The notes beneath the pieces were generated by a model. It saw only the letters and a program-made list of their open reading frames with translations. It made no database searches and was not told where the DNA came from. Positions 39,234 to 49,349 of a stretch of 64,000 nucleotides of DNA are shown here, one piece after another (within the stretch, counting starts at the first letter, position 1; each line of letters opens with the position of its first letter). This stretch comes from an uncultured Gemmatimonadales bacterium. GTDB taxonomy: Bacteria > Gemmatimonadota > Gemmatimonadetes > Gemmatimonadales > GWC2-71-9. The DNA lies in NCBI GenBank assembly GCA_963779755.1, contig CAVZZO010000003.1:1280001-1344000 (forward strand), given 5' to 3'. The position numbers and the translations under genes are program-made.

Positions 39234-42200
39234 GCGGGGCTCTCCCCTTTCCGGACGGCACCGGGGCACCATCCCGGCCGGCGATAGCCGCAGAAACGGC
39301 ACTCGTGCGGGTGGTCCGTCAGGGCCGGTGCTCCCCCACCCAGCCGCTCCAGCCAGGTCCGGAGGCGCGCCGCCATCTCCCCACGCGCCGCAGCGTCGAG
39401 CTCCTCGGAGACCTGCACCCCGGCGCGCGAGAACTGAAAAGCGAACCGGCCCACCGGCAGGCCCGCCAGGGCCTGGGCGCTGCTGACGTAGACGTCCCGC
39501 TGCGGCGCATACTGGCGCGCCTTCGCCGCCGCCCCCGTCTCATCGCAACGGCTGGTCTTCACGTCGAGCAACACCAGATGGTCGCCCTCGGGGGCCGCCA
39601 GGTCGATGGCCCCCTGAAAGACGATCGCGGGCCCGTCCAGCCGCAAGAAGGGAAGCTCCCGCCGGCTGCCCGGCAGATCGTCCACCGCCCGGTAGGCCGG
39701 GTTCTCCGATACCAGGGTGATCTCTTCCCGTAACGCGCGGCGGGACGCCTCGCCCTGGGGACTGTCGGGCGGCGGATGATCTTCATCCCACCGGCCGATG
39801 GCGTCTGCCAGCAGCTGGTCCAGCTCGTCCTCCACCCGCAGGTGCTCCAGCACATCGTGCACGATGAGGCCGCGGGTCACCGCATCCAGGAACTCCGGCG
39901 TGCCCCGGTCCACCTCCGGCTCGCGCACGCCGAGGACGTACTTGAACCAGTGGCGGGTCTGGCAGCGGCTCCACACCAGGAATTCGCTGGCGGAATGGCG
40001 GCCGCGGCCCACGGGTCCCGCGACTGGCTCCAGCGGGCCCGCCAGGCTCGCGGGGTCGCCCAGCGGGGCCGGCTCCGGCTCAGCCCCGGCCTTCGCGGCC
40101 GCGCCTCGAGCCAGGTGCACCACCGCCTGAACCGGGCTGGCTCCCAGCCCGACGCTGAGCGCCTGGCCGTCTTCCCACGGCGTCCCGGGAAGTACCGACA
40201 GCAGCTGCCTGGAGGGGTCGGTTCCCCCGCCCTTCCGCTTGCCGAGGGCCAGGCCGGAAATCACCAGCCGGCGCCGGGCACGGGTCGCCGCCACGTACCA
40301 CAGACGCCGCGCCTCGGCCTGCTCCTCGGCTTCGATAGCCTGCTGGATGTCCTGCCACTCCTGGGGCGCGTCGCGGGACCGGACCTCGGGCGACTTGAGC
40401 GCCAGACGGTCGCGTCCCACCAGCAGGTCCTGCCGCGAGGAGACGCCGACCTGCCGGGTGAGATCGCACCAGAAGACGACGTCCCACTCCAGTCCCTTGG
40501 CCGAATGAATGGACGTGAGGGTGACGACGTCGTCTCTGTCGCCGTGCAGCGGCGCGTCGCCCACGCGATCGTGACGCCCCCGCATGTCGCGGATCGCCTG
40601 CAGAAACTCTCCCAGGCCGCCCTGGCGCGCCCCCCGCGCCATCCGCACGAACTTGCGCAGGTTGGCGATCGCCTGCGCCCGGCCCTCGCCCAGCAGCGCC
40701 AGGTGGGCGACGTAGCCGCTGGCGTCCAGCAGCGCCTGCAGCAGCTCGTCCGGCGGCAGCCGGTCGCGCAGCGCGGCGAACTGTTCCAGCAAGGCGGTAC
40801 CTTCCCGGAGCCGCTCCGCCTCGCCCACCGTAACCGCGCCCAGGTGGCGCCACACCGGCGAGCGCGCCTGGCGGGCGATATCCAGCAGGGTCTCGTCCCG
40901 CAGGCCCACGAAGGGGCTGCGGAGAAAGCCCATGACCGCCCGGTCGTCGGACGGGTCGCGGATGGCCTCGAGCGCCACGATTAGATCGACGACCTCGCGC
41001 CGCTGGAAAAACCCTTCGGTCCGCAGGAGGTAGGTGCGCGCCCCTACCCGTTGGAGCGCCTCCTGGAAGAGGTCCACCGATCCCCAGCTGGTAAAGAGCA
41101 GCGCCATGTCGCCCCAGCGCACGCCTTCTTCGTGGTGCAGCGCACGGGCGCGCCGCGCCACGGCCTCGGCTTCGATCATCCGGACGACGTCGGTGCGGGG
41201 CGCCTCACCCTCGGCATCGGGCGGCACGGCGATGAGCTCCACCGGAAGGCCGCCCTGCTGTTCGCTGGTGCCGGGATGCAGGGGCTCGAACGGGACTTCG
41301 AAGTCGCGCAGGGCCTCGCCCTCCAGCGGGCGGTCCAGCAGCCGGCCCAGGGTGCTCTCTACAAACCCGAGGATGGATGCGGTGCTCCGGAAGTTCTCGG
41401 TCAGCGGCAGCACCAGGCCCGTCTCGTCCTGCCGGAAATCCCGCTCCACCGCGCGCCACACGGTGACATCGGCCCGGCGGAACCGGTAAATGCTCTGCTT
41501 GGCGTCCCCCACCAGGAGCAGCCGGGTCGTGTCGGCCCGGCGGGAGGCGGGTTCGCCGAGCAGGTAGGCGATCTCGCGCTGCACCGGGTCGACGTCCTGG
41601 AACTCGTCCACGATGAGCGTATGAATCCGGCGCTGCAGCATGCGGCGCGCCGCGATATCGTCGCGCAGCAGGTCGCGGGTCCAGACGATCATCCGGTCGA
41701 AGTCCACCGCGCCGCGCTCTTCCAGGCGGGTGATCAGCCGGCCCACCGCCTCGCGGGCCAGCGCCAGCAGCGCCTGGGCGCCTTCGTCGCCGGCGCTCGC
41801 CGGCTGGAGCTGCTGCAGCCGGTCCGATTCGGCGAGCAGCGCGGCCACATAGTCCAGCACCTTCGACACGGGATGCTCGGCCAGCAGGGCGCCGAGTCCC
41901 GGCGTGGTGTCGCTGTCCAGGGCGTCCAGCAGCGTCTCCCGGGCCACGTCCGAGGCCAGCGCCGCCGCGATCCCCTCCTCCAGTACCTCACCCACCGGCG
42001 GCCGCCCCCGCCGCAGCGCGAACTCCCGCAGCACCTCGCCGCAGAAACGGTGGATGGTACCGATCCGGGCGGTATCCACCTCCCAGGCCACCTCCGGCCG
42101 GCCGGCCTGGCGCAGCGCGTCGCGCAGTTTTTCCTGGAGGTCGGCCGCCGCGCGGTTGGTAAAGGTGATGGCCGCCAGCCGGCGGAGCGGGAGCGGCTGG

Positions 42201-42349
42201 GCGATGACCGAACCGCTGATTTCGCACCCCAGCAGGTACAGGGTGCGGGCGACGACGGTGCGGGTCTTGCCCGTACCGGCGCCGGCCGAGACCAGCACGT
42301 GCCGGTCGGCGGCCAGCGCGATGGCCAACTGCTCCGGGGTCAGGTTCAT
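39230..42349 (-). CDS. addA: AddA-like UvrD helicase-nuclease
   Basis: AGAGTGKT, ITFTNRAA, TIHRFC, VDEFQD, VGDAKQSIYRFRRAD, ENFRS, SIHSAKGLE, YVAATRAR; nuclease GAIDL..LLDVKT. Confidence 0.88.
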   Translation of the reverse strand: MNLTPEQLAIALAADRHVLVSAGAGTGKTRTVVARTLYLLGCEISGSVIAQPLPLRRLAAITFTNRAAADLQEKLRDALRQAGRPEVAWEVDTARIGTIHRFCGEVLREFALRRGRPPVGEVLEEGIAAALASDVARETLLDALDSDTTPGLGALLAEHPVSKVLDYVAALLAESDRLQQLQPASAGDEGAQALLALAREAVGRLITRLEERGAVDFDRMIVWTRDLLRDDIAARRMLQRRIHTLIVDEFQDVDPVQREIAYLLGEPASRRADTTRLLLVGDAKQSIYRFRRADVTVWRAVERDFRQDETGLVLPLTENFRSTASILGFVESTLGRLLDRPLEGEALRDFEVPFEPLHPGTSEQQGGLPVELIAVPPDAEGEAPRTDVVRMIEAEAVARRARALHHEEGVRWGDMALLFTSWGSVDLFQEALQRVGARTYLLRTEGFFQRREVVDLIVALEAIRDPSDDRAVMGFLRSPFVGLRDETLLDIARQARSPVWRHLGAVTVGEAERLREGTALLEQFAALRDRLPPDELLQALLDASGYVAHLALLGEGRAQAIANLRKFVRMARGARQGGLGEFLQAIRDMRGRHDRVGDAPLHGDRDDVVTLTSIHSAKGLEWDVVFWCDLTRQVGVSSRQDLLVGRDRLALKSPEVRSRDAPQEWQDIQQAIEAEEQAEARRLWYVAATRARRRLVISGLALGKRKGGGTDPSRQLLSVLPGTPWEDGQALSVGLGASPVQAVVHLARGAAAKAGAEPEPAPLGDPASLAGPLEPVAGPVGRGRHSASEFLVWSRCQTRHWFKYVLGVREPEVDRGTPEFLDAVTRGLIVHDVLEHLRVEDELDQLLADAIGRWDEDHPPPDSPQGEASRRALREEITLVSENPAYRAVDDLPGSRRELPFLRLDGPAIVFQGAIDLAAPEGDHLVLLDVKTSRCDETGAAAKARQYAPQRDVYVSSAQALAGLPVGRFAFQFSRAGVQVSEELDAAARGEMAARLRTWLERLGGGAPALTDHPHECRFCGYRRPGWCPGAVRKGESPA

Positions 42350-45300
42350 CGGAACTTGTCCACCGGGCCGCCCTTCACCCGGCAAATGTCGCGGGCGTGG
42401 CAGAAGGGGGGGCAGCCGCAGGATGGGGCGGGATCGGCGGGGTACTCGCCCGCGCGGACCCGCTGCACGTGCCGGACCGCGGCATCGAGGGCGTGCTCCA
42501 GGCGCTCGGCACCCTCGCGACAATGCACCAGGGCCCGGCTCTTCGCGTCGATCTCGTAGAGTTGCAGTGTGTGCACCGCCTCGCCCTGTTTCAGGGCGCG
42601 GTATTCCACCCGGGAGACCTTGCGGCCCGCCTCCAGGCGGGTGAGCGCATGGGCATAGAGCGGCACCTGCAGCACGACGTCATCCTCCCAGCCCTTCTTG
42701 TCTCCTCCCGCAGTCGCGCCGTACTTGCTGGTCTTGTAGTCGACCGCCGCGACGAATGCATCGGGGTCGGCCACGCGGTCGTCGATGCCGTGCTCCACCC
42801 GGTCGATGGAGCCGCGATAGCGGAACCGCACGCCGTTGCGCTCCAGCTCGATTCCATCGAAAACCAGCTCGTGCCCGGTGACGGCGGTCCGCAGGATCCG
42901 CGGCGCGTTCCGCTTGCTCCGGGCGAACATGTCCTCGTGCTCCGCCGCCTCGGCGCGGAGGTGGCGCGCCAGAATGCGGGCCAGCTCATCGCGCTTGGGG
43001 CCGCGGAGGGGGGCGGTGCCCAGCCAGTGGCCCGGCTCGGCCGCGGCGAGCGCGGCATCGAGGGACTGCTCCAGGAGCGGGAGCGCCCATTCCAGATCGG
43101 CATCGCGCAGGAAGACCGGCCCGCCCCCGCGGGCCTCCGCCGCGGCAAAGAAGCGCGCCAGCGCGTCGTGCAGCACGCTCCCCCCGGTGGCGGGGTCCAT
43201 TTCGTCATCCGGGTCTTCCAGCAGCTCGAGGCGGAGCAGGCGCTGGGAAAACCATGCCCAGGGGCACTTGGCGAAGGACTCGAGCTGGGTCGGACTCCAG
43301 AGATAGTCGTCGCCGTAGCGCTCTTCCAGCCAGGCGCGCAGCAGCGGATCGGCCACCTGGCCGTTCCAGGGGCTCAGGCGTCCGGTCTCCCGCTCGCGCT
43401 CGACGGCGGCGCCGTGCGCCGCCCGCTCGCGAGCCGCGGCGTCCTGAAAGAGGGGCACCCCGGGCGTCAGAATGCGGTAGGCCTCGATCTCTTCCTGATC
43501 GATCTCCGCGGCATCGCGGATCGCCTCGACAAAGGCGGAGCCCAGAACTTCGGCCCCGCGGTCGTCCAGCCGGGCATAGCTCAGGGTGAGCCGCTCGCGG
43601 GCGCCGGCCACCAGCAGGCGGAAGAGGCTCCGCTCCCGCGCGTCCCAGGCCTCCGCCGGATCGAGCGGCAGCCCGGCCTCCCGCAGCAGGGCCCGGTCGG
43701 GCTCGTCCAGGATGGGCGACTGCGGCACGCGCGCGGGGAACTGGCCCGACTCCATGCCGACCAGAAAGATGTGATCGAACTCGCGGTAGGCCGCGGCAAG
43801 TCCTTCCAGCACCGTCACCCCGCGCGCGGCCGTGGTCCAAAGCGCGGCATCGCCGGCCAGCAGCTCGCGCAGCCGCTCGTTGAACCGGGCGGCATCGAGC
43901 CGTTCGCCGCCGTCGCCCCACCGCTCCAGGGCGGTGTGCCACTCGCCCACGATCTGGCTCAGGCCGCGCCAGCCGGTCGCGTCGCGGCGGGCGAGCAGCC
44001 AGGCTCCGGCCGGGACGTCGTAGATCCGCCGGCGGGCAATGCTCCAGGGATCGTCCTCGAGAAATCGCGCCAGCCAGCCGACCCAATCCTTGAGAGTCCG
44101 CGCGCTATCCAGCTCGCGTACCTGGGCGGCAAACCGCGTGAAGCGGGTGCGCGCCTCGGCGATCCACTCGGCCGGCGGGAGGGGCCGGCGGTGCCGGTCC
44201 GCGTCGTCGGGCTCCGCCTCGCGCGCCCGGGCTTCCGACTCCAGGGCGGACAGGGCGCGTTCCCAGCCGTCCAGACCGGAGACGCGCCGGCGGTACCCGA
44301 TGGTATTGAGAATCCGGGGATCGAGGCCGATGCGGATGTAGGGATGCTCGGCCAGTTCCAGCAGCACCCGGCGCGACCACCCGCCCGCGGCCGCGCTGAA
44401 CAGGGCCGCCACCGCGCGCACCACGGGGATCTCGGCGAAGGGCAGGCGCTGCCGGGCGGTGACGGGCAGGCCCAGCCGCCCCAGCGCCGCGGCGGCGAGA
44501 TCCACATGGGGCCGGGCCTTGCGGCTGACCACGGCGATCCGGTGCGGCGCCACGCCGCCATCCACCAGCGCCCGAATGCGACGCGCTACTTCTTCCGCCT
44601 CGCGTTCGGGATCGGGCGCGATAATGAGCCCGACACGCTCGCCGCCGCGCGGTGCGGGCGTGAACAGCCGGGACGCGAGCCGTTGGTCGTCCGGGAGGCG
44701 CGTGATCTTCGCGCCCAGGTCCTGCTCCTCCAGCAGCTCGTCGCCGGCGTAGACCAGGACGCGGTCCAGGGCGGGCGACGCGGCCAGGGCGCGAAGCAGC
44801 AGGCGCCAGCCGCCGCGCAGGTCGTGCAGGCCCACGATCCGGATCTCCCGCCTGCCGCCCAGGCTCGCCGCCAGGCTGCCGGGATCGGCGGCGATGCGGC
44901 GGGCGCAGTCGACCAGGCCGTCGCGGCCGTCCCGCCGGGTGTGTCCGCGCTCGTCGGGCTGGTCCAGGGCGGCGCAATAGCGGCGGTAGGCCTCGACCAG
45001 CTCCCGGTCGCGCCGGTGCTCGAAGGCGTCGCGGCGGGGCATCCGCGCCACGGCCGTCTGATAGTCGGCGGGCCGCACCCCCTCGACGATGAGCTCGCCG
45101 AACCAGCGGTCGACCGCCTCGACAAAATCGGCGACCCGCGCCACCCGGCCGAAGATCTCGCCCTTCTGGCCGCGGAGAACGTGATCAAGCAGGACCAGGC
45201 GCTCGTAGTCGCCCAGCGGCACCCGCTCCGAATGTCCCAGGCGGTCGGGTAGCTCGTGAAAAACACAGAGCGGCGGGTCGAACCAGCCCGGCACCCCGCG

Positions 45301-45480
45301 CGCAGCCGCCAGGGCGTAGAGGTCGTCGCGCAATCCGCCCTGCCGCAGCACCAGGAGGGAGGACGGAGAAGGAAACGGCTGCCCGGCAGTGCGCGGCAGG
45401 GCGCGCAGAAACTCCAGGGCGGCGTGCTCCAGCAGTCGCGCGGGCTCTGCCCCGATGACGAACACCAGGCGTTCAGTCAT
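42346..45480 (-). CDS. addB: AddB-like inactive helicase / PD-(D/E)XK nuclease
   Basis: EREAEEVARRI, SPTQLESFAKCPW, GSVLHDAL, GSIDRVE, VDYKT, LQVPLY, C-terminal Cys cluster; coupled to the addA-like gene. Confidence 0.82.
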   Translation of the reverse strand: MTERLVFVIGAEPARLLEHAALEFLRALPRTAGQPFPSPSSLLVLRQGGLRDDLYALAAARGVPGWFDPPLCVFHELPDRLGHSERVPLGDYERLVLLDHVLRGQKGEIFGRVARVADFVEAVDRWFGELIVEGVRPADYQTAVARMPRRDAFEHRRDRELVEAYRRYCAALDQPDERGHTRRDGRDGLVDCARRIAADPGSLAASLGGRREIRIVGLHDLRGGWRLLLRALAASPALDRVLVYAGDELLEEQDLGAKITRLPDDQRLASRLFTPAPRGGERVGLIIAPDPEREAEEVARRIRALVDGGVAPHRIAVVSRKARPHVDLAAAALGRLGLPVTARQRLPFAEIPVVRAVAALFSAAAGGWSRRVLLELAEHPYIRIGLDPRILNTIGYRRRVSGLDGWERALSALESEARAREAEPDDADRHRRPLPPAEWIAEARTRFTRFAAQVRELDSARTLKDWVGWLARFLEDDPWSIARRRIYDVPAGAWLLARRDATGWRGLSQIVGEWHTALERWGDGGERLDAARFNERLRELLAGDAALWTTAARGVTVLEGLAAAYREFDHIFLVGMESGQFPARVPQSPILDEPDRALLREAGLPLDPAEAWDARERSLFRLLVAGARERLTLSYARLDDRGAEVLGSAFVEAIRDAAEIDQEEIEAYRILTPGVPLFQDAAARERAAHGAAVERERETGRLSPWNGQVADPLLRAWLEERYGDDYLWSPTQLESFAKCPWAWFSQRLLRLELLEDPDDEMDPATGGSVLHDALARFFAAAEARGGGPVFLRDADLEWALPLLEQSLDAALAAAEPGHWLGTAPLRGPKRDELARILARHLRAEAAEHEDMFARSKRNAPRILRTAVTGHELVFDGIELERNGVRFRYRGSIDRVEHGIDDRVADPDAFVAAVDYKTSKYGATAGGDKKGWEDDVVLQVPLYAHALTRLEAGRKVSRVEYRALKQGEAVHTLQLYEIDAKSRALVHCREGAERLEHALDAAVRHVQRVRAGEYPADPAPSCGCPPFCHARDICRVKGGPVDKFR

Positions 45481-45596
45481 GGGGGGAAAATCGCGCGGGG
45501 ATGTGACAGTTGGAGACGAGCCGAAGAGGTCGAATTGCATACGCTGGAAAGGTAAGGCGTACGGCGCGGGGCGTAAGGCTGACCGGTCCCGGTACA

Positions 45597-45670
45597 CCTC
45601 ACGCCTCACGGCCTACGCCTTACGCCTCACGCCTCACGCCTCACCCCTCACCCTTCACCCCTCACTCCCC
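45597..45670 (+). repeat. CGCCTCA/CCCCTCA heptamer array
   Basis: cctcacg cctcacg gcctacg ccttacg cctcacg cctcacg cctcacc cctcacc; inverted partial arm at about 45555-45580; same unit at 59077-59115. Confidence 0.85.
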
Positions 45671-45683
45671 TCCATCCGGCCTC

Positions 45684-47318
45684 TCATTCGTAGGCCGGCA
45701 CATACATCCGCTCCTCCACCCACGCCTCCAGATCGTCCGGCAATGCCAGATCGCTGAGCCCATCATTGATGGCCTCGCGTATCACGGCCGCCGCGATCCG
45801 GCGGGAGATGGGGCGGATCTGCACCAGCGGCGGCAGCACGGCGCCCGCGCGCAAGTCCTCTTCCGAAACCGCGCTGGCAAGCACCCGGGCGGCGGCATGG
45901 AACATGGCATCGGTGACTCGCCGAGCCCCCGCCAGAGTGACTCCCAGGCCGAGACCGGGGAAGATATAGGCATTGTTGGCCTGGCGAGGCTCGAACCGGC
46001 GCCCGTCGAACTGTACCGGATCGAAGGGGCTGCCGGAGGCGAAGATCGCCCGGCCGCCGGACCATTGGTACGCCTGTGCCGCGGTGCATTCCGCGCGCGA
46101 AGTAGGATTGGAAAGCGCGAAGATGCCGGGCCGTTCCTGAATTGAGGCCAGGGTCTCGATCACCGGCTGGCTGAAGCTCCCGGCCTGGGTGGACAGGCCG
46201 ATCAGGGTGGTCGGCCGGAGCTCCCTGATGGCGTCGCCCAGATCCGTAAGCGGCGAGTGGCCATGCGCGAAGGGCCGTTTATGCGGCGCCAGGTCGGTCC
46301 GCTCGGCCGTGACCAGCCCATGGGAGTCCATGAACCAGCAGCGGCTCAGCGCTTCCCCACCCGAGAGGCCGGCGTCCTGCATGGCCGAGACGATCAGCGA
46401 GGCGACGCCGGTGGCGGAGGCGCCCGCGCCGTAGAACAGGAGGGTCTGCCGGTCGAGCGACAGGCCCGAAATACGCCCGGAGGCGAGCAGCGCCGAGAGG
46501 ACGACGGCGGCGGTGCCCTGGACGTCGTCGTTGAAGGTGCAGATCCGGTCGCGATAGCGCCGGAGCAGCTGGAAGGCGTTCTCGGTGGCGAAGTCCTCGA
46601 ACTGGAGCAGCACTCCGGGCCAGGCGGCCTGCACCGCCTCGACGAACTCGTCCAGGAGCGACTCGTAGGCCTCGCCGCGGAGCCGCTCGCGCCGCAACCC
46701 GGTGTACAGCGGATCGGCCAGCAGCTCGCGGTTGTTGGTGCCCACGTCCAGCATGATCGGCAGACAGCCCGCGGGCGGCACTCCGGCGCAGGCGGTGTAG
46801 AGCGCCAGCTTGCCGATGGGGATGCCCATGCCGTATGCCCCCAGATCACCCAGCCCCAGGATCCGCTCGCCGTCGGTCACCACGATGACCCGGACCTCTT
46901 CCTCCGGCCAGTTCTCCAGCACCCGGGCGATGCGACCGCGGTCTTCGACCGAGAGATAGAGTCCTCGCGGGCGGCGGAAAATATGCCCGAACCTGGCGCA
47001 GGCTTCGCCCACCGTCGGGGTATAGATGATGGGCATCAGCCCGGTGAGATTGTCCATTACGAAGCGATAGAACAGCGTCTCGTTCCGGTCCTGCAGGCCC
47101 ACCAGAAAGATGTATTTCTCGAGATCGTTGGGCTTGGCTTCGAAGTTCCGCCGGATGCGCGCCAGCTGTTCTTCGATCGTAAACACCCGGGGTGGGAGCA
47201 GGCCGCGCAGGCCGTACGCGTCCCGCTCCTCCTCGGTGAATGCGGTGCCCTTGTTATGCCGGGGGTCGTGCAGGAGGTCGGGCCCGAGGAGAACGGGCGC
47301 GGTGCGATGCATAGTCAT
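45684..47318 (-). CDS. maeA: NAD-dependent malic enzyme
   Basis: NKGTAF, PIIYTPTVG, VTDGERILGLGDLG, QFEDF, FNDDVQGT, GAGASA, LSNPTS, QANNAYIFPG. Confidence 0.93.
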   Translation of the reverse strand: MTMHRTAPVLLGPDLLHDPRHNKGTAFTEEERDAYGLRGLLPPRVFTIEEQLARIRRNFEAKPNDLEKYIFLVGLQDRNETLFYRFVMDNLTGLMPIIYTPTVGEACARFGHIFRRPRGLYLSVEDRGRIARVLENWPEEEVRVIVVTDGERILGLGDLGAYGMGIPIGKLALYTACAGVPPAGCLPIMLDVGTNNRELLADPLYTGLRRERLRGEAYESLLDEFVEAVQAAWPGVLLQFEDFATENAFQLLRRYRDRICTFNDDVQGTAAVVLSALLASGRISGLSLDRQTLLFYGAGASATGVASLIVSAMQDAGLSGGEALSRCWFMDSHGLVTAERTDLAPHKRPFAHGHSPLTDLGDAIRELRPTTLIGLSTQAGSFSQPVIETLASIQERPGIFALSNPTSRAECTAAQAYQWSGGRAIFASGSPFDPVQFDGRRFEPRQANNAYIFPGLGLGVTLAGARRVTDAMFHAAARVLASAVSEEDLRAGAVLPPLVQIRPISRRIAAAVIREAINDGLSDLALPDDLEAWVEERMYVPAYE

Positions 47319-47345
47319 ACTGGGATCGTAGCCGACCGGTTCTGA

Positions 47346-47379
47346 CCGCTTCATGAAGCGGACCTGAAGCGATCTTCAG
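47346..47379. promoter_or_regulatory. Two adjacent palindromes over the maeA promoter (operator candidates)
   Basis: CCGCTTCATGAAGCGG (perfect, 16 bp) and CTGAAG-CGAT-CTTCAG. Confidence 0.5.
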
Positions 47380-47475
47380 AATGGACGGCGCTCGAGGCGG
47401 GAGCCGGCCCCGCGACACGCTCGGCCCCCTCGACCACGGGTGAGTGGTCGAGAGGGTCGAGGGGGGCGAGGCCCG

Positions 47476-48309
47476 CTACAGCTTCTTCGGCGGGCCCGCC
47501 GGCTGCGCGGGCATCGGGGCGGCGTGCCAGCTCATGAAGCTGGGCCGGTGCGCGGTCCAGGAGAGCGCGACCTTCTTCTGCTTCCGCATGACCTGGGCCG
47601 TGACCTTCTCACCCTCGGCGTAAGAGGCGAGGATGCGGTTGGCGTGATCCACCGACTGGACGGTGCGCCCGTCAATGGAAAGGATGACGTCGCCCGCCTT
47701 GAGAGGCAGGGTCGAATCGGGCGGGGTGGCGAGCACCAGCACACCCTGGTCGGTGCCGAAGTACTGCCCCAGGTCGGCGTTCATGCCGGCCAGCTCCAGG
47801 CCGCCCATCCGGCGCATCAGCATGCCGAACGCGCCCGGCAGTTCGCCCGACATGCCGGGCTCGGGAGTCCGCATCTGAAACCGTTGCATCTCGGGCATGC
47901 GGAAGGTGAACGTGCCGGGCAGCTCGCGAGCCACCACCACGGCGGTGCCGCTCTTGCCGTCGCGCCGGTACTCCAGCCGGGCGGTATCGCCCACTTCGAG
48001 CTGCTGCGCCAGCTCGACCAGTTTCTGGCCCGGCCCGCCCTCGGCGCCGGCCAGGGGAGTGCCGTTGAAGCGGGTGATGATGTCGCCCGCCTGGAGCCCG
48101 GCCTCATCGGCGGGGCTGTCCGGCAGGACCGAGGCGATTTCGGCGCCCAGCGAATCGCGGCCGGCCTGGGGACGCATGTTGACCGTCACACCCAGCCGCG
48201 GATGGCCGGCCGCCTGGTACATCATTCGCATCTGTCCCTGCTGGGCGGCGAGCCCGGCAGGGACGGCAAACAGAGCCGCGGTCGCGGCCAGCAGCAGTGA
48301 ACGTCGCAT
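47476..48309 (-). CDS. Exported tandem-PDZ protein without a protease domain
   Basis: Signal peptide; RLGV..SPADEAGLQAGDIITRFNG; GVLVL..LKAGDVILSIDG. Confidence 0.85.
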   Translation of the reverse strand: MRRSLLLAATAALFAVPAGLAAQQGQMRMMYQAAGHPRLGVTVNMRPQAGRDSLGAEIASVLPDSPADEAGLQAGDIITRFNGTPLAGAEGGPGQKLVELAQQLEVGDTARLEYRRDGKSGTAVVVARELPGTFTFRMPEMQRFQMRTPEPGMSGELPGAFGMLMRRMGGLELAGMNADLGQYFGTDQGVLVLATPPDSTLPLKAGDVILSIDGRTVQSVDHANRILASYAEGEKVTAQVMRKQKKVALSWTAHRPSFMSWHAAPMPAQPAGPPKKL

Positions 48310-48536
48310 AACATGTCGCTCCCGGAGGGGTTCATCTGGGAGGATGCCGGGGCCGGAGCGAGGGTCGCATGAGCCCGGGTTCCACGCGCAGCGGGTAGAC
48401 TATCCGGAGCGTACCCGGAAGTCGGTGGTGCGCCGGGGCTGCACCCGCCGGTCGGGTGGAGACGATGCGGGAACGGGGAGTGCCGGAGCGGCGCGCCACG
48501 CCTGGCAGAGCTCCGCGGCAAGGTGGGGATGAAAGG

Positions 48537-48575
48537 AAAAGCGTCGCCGGCGACCGGGGCCGGTCACCAGCGACG
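48537..48575 (-). terminator. Terminator after rpsU
   Basis: Minus strand CGTCGCTGGTGACCGG...CCGGTCGCCGGCGACG-CTTTT. Confidence 0.75.
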
Positions 48576-48595
48576 GAGCAGATCCGGGACTGCGG

Positions 48596-48787
48596 CTACT
48601 TCTTTCGCGCGGGCTTGCGGCGGCGCCGGGCGGCGGCGGCTTCCTTGGCCTTCCGTGCCTCGCTGGGCTTCAGATAGTAGCGCTTCTGCCGCAGATCGCG
48701 GAGGATGCCGGACTTCTGGACCTTGCGCTTGAACGCGCGCAGCGCGGCATCGAAGCGATCGCCCTCGTGGATTTCGATCTCGGCCAT
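48596..48787 (-). CDS. rpsU: 30S ribosomal protein S21
   Basis: FDAALRAFKRKVQKSGIL, YLKPSEARK. Confidence 0.93.
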   Translation of the reverse strand: MAEIEIHEGDRFDAALRAFKRKVQKSGILRDLRQKRYYLKPSEARKAKEAAAARRRRKPARKK

Positions 48788-48893
48788 AACTCTTCCTGGG
48801 ATATTTGGGGGATCTCCCCGTCCTGACCCTGCCGGGGCCGTCCCGTGCGAAGCTCCGGACGGCCCCGCGTTCCGGCGTCGCGAACCGCGGCGC

Positions 48894-49106
48894 TCAGGCG
48901 CCGACTTTCACCACGTTCTGCGCGGCCGGGCCCTTCTGCCCCTGTACGATGTCGAATTCGACCTTGTCGCCCTCTGCCAGCGACTTGAAGCCCGTGCCCT
49001 GGATGGCGCTGTGATGAACGAAGCAGTCCTTCGAGCCGTCCTCCGGAGTGATGAACCCGAAGCCCTTGGCGTCATTGAACCACTTCACGGTGCCGGTGGT
49101 ACGCAT
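48894..49106 (-). CDS. csp: Cold-shock protein
   Basis: [35 protein letters not shown]. Confidence 0.96.
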   Translation of the reverse strand: MRTTGTVKWFNDAKGFGFITPEDGSKDCFVHHSAIQGTGFKSLAEGDKVEFDIVQGQKGPAAQNVVKVGA

Positions 49107-49302
49107 GTTTCCTGCTCCTTACTCGTGTTCCTGCCGGGGGAGTGCGGACACGCGCCGTACCGGCCGGGAGATCTCCGCGGCTCATGCGCCCCCGCGTCGG
49201 GCGTGCTGCATATGCTACGGGGACCGTGACAATTGCCACGGTCCCCGTGGTGTCCGCTGTCCCTGAAAGGCGCACAATGGGGCGCGCATTTTACTGGCCC
49301 CA

Positions 49303-49331
49303 ACGGTAGCTTCCGGCCTCTCAACTGTCAA
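49303..49331 (-). promoter_or_regulatory. Sigma70 promoter of csp-rpsU, implying a ~190-nt 5' UTR
   Basis: TTGACA-N17-TACCGT. Confidence 0.75.
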
Positions 49332-49349
49332 GCTGGCACCCGTTTATGG

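Noticed and set aside
42397..45252. Long antisense ORFs (e.g. 951 aa here, 840 aa at 15920, 696 aa at 10577)
   Set aside because: Shadow frames of high-GC genes; no recognisable motifs and fully opposite well-supported CDSs
45481..45540. N-terminal extension MQFDLF of AddB resembling a beta-clamp motif
   Set aside because: Codons look non-coding and a leaderless-type start at 45480 is more plausible; would need conservation data
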